64,000 nucleotides of DNA. Source: Oopsacas minuta. Its lineage: Eukaryota > Animalia > Porifera. The DNA lies in NCBI GenBank assembly GCA_024704765.1, contig JAKMXF010000035.1, forward strand, positions 1-64,000, in the 5' to 3' direction. Position numbers and translations under genes: made by a program. Shown here one piece after another: positions 58,799 through 64,000 of this stretch. Position 1 is the stretch's first letter. Each line of letters opens with the position of its first letter. The notes under the pieces are model-generated. The model ran no database searches. It was not told the DNA's origin and saw only the letters and a program-made list of their open reading frames with translations.

Positions 58799-60051
58799 AT
58801 AGCAACACGAGTACCAGCAGAAGTTGAACTAATTGAGGGAAATGAGTGGGAAAGAGAACTAGAAATTCTTGTGGAACAGGTCCAACATGAGAAAGATAAA
58901 GTACGTGACATCTTCCTACAGCTACACATTCTGTTAGCTGTCAGAGAGCAGAGTTTGTTAGTAGAATTAGATGATGTTGTTGTACGAGCTAGGTTGGAGG
59001 TTAAGGAAAAGGTAGAAACCCTACAGGAATTACAAAAGGCCAGAGAATCGTTAGATAGAGAATTAACTAAGAATAAACTCAGACAAGTACTACAGAAGAA
59101 CTTGAGTACACTAGATGAGAAAATCAGGGAAGAGAAAGGAAAAGATGTTAATGTAAGGTGGATAGAATTGGAATGGATGAGCGAACAGCTGGAACAATCA
59201 ATCATTAAGATGTGTAAGGTTGTCACTTTCAAGGAGAGACCATTCAGAACTGAGGACTATTCCAGAAAGTTACGTCCCGTATGGTCCCGTGAAGGGGCAG
59301 GTCCTAGTCCGATCAAGACTCCATGGCAAATAGCAATCGATCTAATCTCTGAGAATATATACATTGTTGATATTTATGCTTACAACATTAAGATATTCAA
59401 CAAAGAAGGAGAATATCTCGACAACATACCAACCCCTGAAAATCCTTGCGGCATTACTCTAACTAATGAATTTATTTATGTATCAGCTGAGAAAACAATT
59501 GTTAAGATACAAAGATCTAACAACAAAACAGCCAAATCAGTGAAGCTAGAGAATGATGTCTTTGGAATGGGTATATACAAAAACTATATGCTATATGTAT
59601 CTGAAGAATTCAAACTATCTATACTCTTGCTTGATATGGAACTAAAAGTACAAAAACGAATAAGACTCAAGACTCCTCACGTTACTGTTTCTACAAGCAT
59701 TACTTCTATAAACTATACCAAGAGAACATGTATGTAAAATTCCATAACTCTCGCTTCCATCTACAAATATTCCGTCTAGACGGAAAGCTAGTCAGGTGTA
59801 TTATTGAGAAAACAGAGATTCCGTTTTGCAATTTCTTCACGATAGATCAATTCGGGAATATTATCACTTCTGATTACTCTGGAAATAAAACTAACATATT
59901 CTCCAATTCAGGAAAGCTAATCCATACAATCTCTAACAGTAACCCAACAGAAGATGAAATGCTTTCCAATCCTCGAGGAGTGGCTATTGACAAGAATAAC
60001 AGAATTATTATTGCTCAAGATAGCCTTAAATATAACCTCATAGCATTCTAA
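58799..60051 (+). pseudogene. Coiled-coil + NHL gene, copy 1 of an inverted pair (start codon ATG>ATA; -1 frameshift at ~59711)
   Basis: ATA GCA ACA CGA at 58799 corresponds to ATG GCA ACA CGA of copy 2. ORFs 58871-59737 and 59728-60051 join by restoring one A. Confidence 0.8.
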
Positions 60052-60543
60052 ATTCTTGTATCTCACTAAATTTTCGTTTTCATTATTATTTCTTAGTTAT
60101 TAAACATAATGTAGACTATTATCAATACGTAACAGAGTACCTGTATATCTATACTGTACTCATAGGGGGCAGCATCGGTTCATAGGGCAAGGGACCTAGC
60201 CCTTTAATCTTAGTATAATATGGAACTAAAATACTTATAATGTAGTATGGAACTAGAATTGATCTACAAGAAATAAATCTAAAAATAGAATCGCTTGATG
60301 ATAGTATTGCTTAGAGTTTTAGCTCTACAAATCCTCTACCGCTAGCCTATTTACAGAGATCAGGTATGTCATCATCTGGAAGTTTGGAGGCCCCCTTCAC
60401 CTTACCTGCTCCTTTGGCCTTTTCTGTCCCCTTACCTCCTTAAGTTCCCCTAAGTACATCCGCTCCCTTGATCCTTTGAGAGCCATTTTCAAAAATATAT
60501 TTGCGGTCCCCTGAGCTTAAAAATAGCAGTAGTTGACTGTAAA

Positions 60544-61187
60544 ATGGGAGTAATTGATAGTAGAGGACAATTTGTAGTTAATATTATTTGTCAAGCTGAA
60601 GATCTCAATCAGGTTTGTTACACATGCAAACTGAAACTATAAAAGTGTCAAAAATGTGTGGTTCTTGTCCATATTGTTACCTTACTATACCATCAATCTG
60701 GTGTGTCAAACATTATTCACGTTTTCTTAGACATTTTCGATTTTTGAGTTATACAATAGTACCGATTTTCACATATATACATATAGCTCCCTGGCATGTA
60801 TTCAATTTACCAACTTTCTGTAGATAAAAGATGATAAATTCTTGATACAATCCACAAGTTTGAATCCTGACAGTAAAACAGGGCAGACTGAACTGAACTA
60901 TCATTGGAGGACAGTTGCAACCTGAACTTATTTTGGAAAACAGGCTAAAATGTAGAATTTCTGATTCTGTAAACAACCTGTTTACACAAGAAGAGAGTAA
61001 ACAAACAAACACACAACAGATTGATAGCCACCAACAAAATCAAGATACTATAGGCATTGTTCGTTCAGTTGGCAATCTCTTGATTGAGGTAGAACATATG
61101 CATGGAATATTAAAGAAAATATATACTCTTGTCATTGGCTTAGCATTTATTAATTTGGTGTTAATTGTTATACTTTTACGCGCCTAA
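60544..61187 (+). CDS. VAP-like (MSP-domain C-terminal half, coiled coil, C-terminal TM) gene or remnant; one intron and one frameshift
   Basis: MGVIDSRGQFVVNIICQAEDLNQ | intron 60613-60823 | IKDDKFLIQSTSLNPD...HWRT, then a frameshift, then LQPELILENRLKCRIS...YTLVIGLAFINLVLIVILLRA*. This parallels VAP G.ID...V.V..Q / KDKF.VQ / W....P..L....L.C. Confidence 0.55.
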
Positions 61188-61396
61188 ATTCCTACATTAT
61201 TCACACCTTGAATTATCTGTTATATTTGAATTTAAAGGCAAACATCAACAACAACAATGATTATTCATATTGTTTACACATATTTGTATTTTTTGGGTAT
61301 ATTATGTGTGTATATCATAAATTATAGATTTCACATCCGTCTAATTGAACCAAATTGTGTGACTAATAATTAACAAGGAAAATGAAATACAAGAAT

Positions 61397-62651
61397 TTAG
61401 AATGCTATGAGGTTATATTTAAGGCTAGCTTGAGCAATAATAATTCTGTTATTCTTGTCAATTGCCACTCCTCGAGGGCAATAAAGCATTTCATCTTCTG
61501 CTAGGTTACTGTTAGAGATTGTATGGATTAGCTTTCCTGAATTGGAGAATATATTAATTTCATTTCCAAGGTAATCAGGGCGATAATATTCCCGAATTGA
61601 TCTATTGTGAAAAAATAGCGAAGCTCAATCCCTGTATCCTCAATAATACACCTGACTAGCTCTCCGTCTAGACGGAATATTTGTAGATGGAAGCGAGAGT
61701 TATGGAATTTTACATACATGTTCTCTTGGTATAGTTTTATAGAAGTAATGCTTGTAGAAACAGTAATATGAGGAGTATTGAGAATTATTCGTTTATGTAC
61801 TTTTAGTTCCATATCAAGCAGGAGTATTGATAAAGTGCCTAGTTCACATACATATAGCATATTGTTTGTGTATATATCCATTCCAAAAACAGAAATCTCT
61901 AGCTTCACTAATTTGGCTGTTTTGTTGTTAGATCTTCGTATCTTAACAATTGTATTACCAGCTGATACATAAATAAATTCATTAGTTAGAGTGTAATGCC
62001 GCAAGGATTTTCAGGGGTTGGTATGTTGTCGAGATATTCTCCTTCTTTGTTGAATATCTTAATGTTGTAAGCATAAATATCAACAATGTATATATTCTCA
62101 GAGATTGGATCGATTGCTATTTGCCATGGAGTCTTGATCGGACTAGGACCTGCCCCTTCACGGGACCATACGGGACGTAACTTTCTGGAATAGTCCTCAG
62201 TTCTGAATGGTCTCTCCTTGAAAGTGACAACCTTACACATCTTAATGATTGATTGTTCCAGCTGTTCGCTCATCCATTCCAATTCTATCCACCTCACATT
62301 AACATCTTTTCCTTTCTCTTCCCTGATTTTCTCATCTAGTGTACTCAAGTTCTTCTGTAGTACTTGTCTGAGTTTATTCTTAGTTAATTCTCTATCTAAC
62401 GATTCTCTGGCCTTTTGTAATTCCTGTAGGGTTTCTACCTTTTCCTTAACCTCCAACCTAGCTCGTACAACAACATCATCTAATTCTACTAACAAACTCT
62501 GCTCTCTGACAGCTAACAGAATGTGTAGCTGTAGGAAGATGTCACGTACTTTATCTTTCTCATGTTGGACCTGTTCCACAAGAATTTCTAGTTCTCTTTC
62601 CCACTCATTTCCCTCAATTAGTTCAACTTCTGCTGCTACTCGTGTTGCCAT
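61397..62651 (-). pseudogene. Coiled-coil + NHL gene, copy 2 of the inverted pair (ATG intact; +2 at ~61992, -1 at ~61578)
   Basis: ORFs 61986-62651 and 61528-62004 plus a C-terminal piece ending ...NLIAF* at 61397 align with copy 1. Confidence 0.8.
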
Positions 62652-63319
62652 AATATTTTAGCTCAGTTCCAATTGATATCTTTACTGATATTATAGAACT
62701 AATTAGGACAAAGTTCTTATAATTATCATTCCATTCTTTAAACTGTAACTATAGTATTGATTAATAGAATTTTGTTCCAATAATTACACAATTTCGTTCC
62801 TATTAAACATAGTGTAGACTTTAGTTCAAAGAAAGTTGAGGAACTATACCACAAAACACCTAATTTGCATATACTGTATTTCCTCGATTAAGATCTTTAT
62901 TAACACGTTAATATATCTCTAATAATTATCCATATGGGTATATATATGTGTATTTATCATAACAGTAAATACACAAGTATATACAGGGGAATACATATTC
63001 CATGTACGCAGTTGAATAGCTGTCTCAATCCTCTGATCACCACTGTCTATTATATGTGTATCTATAGTGTACCCCTTAGTGACACTGCGTCTTGTCCATA
63101 GCGAATGGCATGGCTGTAGCCATGAAAATACAAGTGGTCAGGTTAATTTGTACAACTGGAGATCAGGTCAATAATAGGTCGGAATATAATCATACGTATG
63201 TCGCAAAGAAATACAAGAAAAGTTTGTTAACTAAGAGCCTACTACGTTTACTATGCTCGGGACTGGTTAAAGATCGTTAACTTCAATTATCTCAAAACGA
63301 TGTCTTTCGCCGTGTAGGC

Positions 63320-63623
63320 AATTGTTTTTTGAAGAAAGACTGATTCTTATGCTCTGAAAATTTAGGGAAGTATTTATACAATGTATCTGAAATCTGGACC
63401 ACATTTGGAATGAATGAACGAATAATTCTCATGATATCCCACCCTAAGCCCTGCGGACTCCGGTTTTTAGCCTATTTTTGCCAGAACTCCCCTTCAAACG
63501 TTAATATCTTCTTACTAGAGAGGTACTCGGGCCTAATTGTGGTCCAGAAATTAGAACTACATATTGTTAGCATATATAACAATTTATAGGTCTTAGGCAA
63601 TAGTCCTTCTTCAAAAAACAATT
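63320..63623. mobile_element. ~300-bp MITE
   Basis: TIRs AATTGTTTTTTGAAGAAAGACT / AGTCCTTCTTCAAAAAACAATT. Confidence 0.65.
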
Positions 63624-64000
63624 AGTGATATGTCCCGAACTTTAATGTTACGCCTATGGAAGGACTTTTACCCCCTTTTCATGCCCAATTCGTAATACAC
63701 ACTAGATACATCGGGGTTCATGATTATTATCTCTTAGTTTAACCCGTGCAACGAGCTAGAAAACAATAAACATGTATAATGGCATATACTTTAGAAAATA
63801 GCCCATACCGTAATAGAAAGTTCGCGGCAAGACTCACTAATTATGTAATTATTGAGTCGTTGAATAAGAAAATAATTTAAATCAAATAGAATATTATTTA
63901 TAACAAACAAACCTGATTGAAGCCTATAGTGAGAAGTAATTGTTCATCACAATCAGTCTCTGTATAAGAGTCTGACATAGTGAGGAGATTAGAGAAGGGA

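Noticed and set aside
1-64000. rRNA, tRNA or prokaryotic operon-type systems; ORFs starting at TTG or GTG
   Set aside because: No RNA-gene signatures were seen. The DNA is eukaryotic, so non-ATG ORF starts mostly mark internal exons or noise.

Overview
AT-rich eukaryotic genomic DNA with GT-AG introns, microsatellites and many small DNA transposons. The gene content resembles a sponge, possibly a glass sponge; this is an inference from the gene families, not proven. The main feature is one spliced minus-strand gene (~15,823-54,578, about 22 exons, ~15 kb CDS, ~5,100 aa) that the ORF track splits into many pieces. Its inferred architecture is: signal peptide, vitellogenin/LLTP-like lipid-binding N-terminus, polybasic site, amphipathic helical region, M23/LECT2-like hybrid fold lacking catalytic residues, polybasic site, PAN/apple domain, ~15 D-x-T-P-P-linked FN3/Ig-like repeats, cadherin-like segment, EGF repeats, one TM helix and a short acidic tail. 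Four 1-bp frameshifts interrupt it. Its introns hold antisense nested genes: an intronless 7TM protein and two NHL pseudogenes. The window also contains six coiled-coil/NHL-family loci (one intact, one cut by a hAT transposon, and an inverted pair around a VAP/MSP-like gene), a polyQ-bearing septin/AIG1-like GTPase, a minimal Maf-like bZIP, an intron-containing Gypsy-type (Ginger/GIN-like) integrase remnant, and several MITE and Helitron-like families. Single-base indels are frequent throughout, which could reflect assembly error or real decay.
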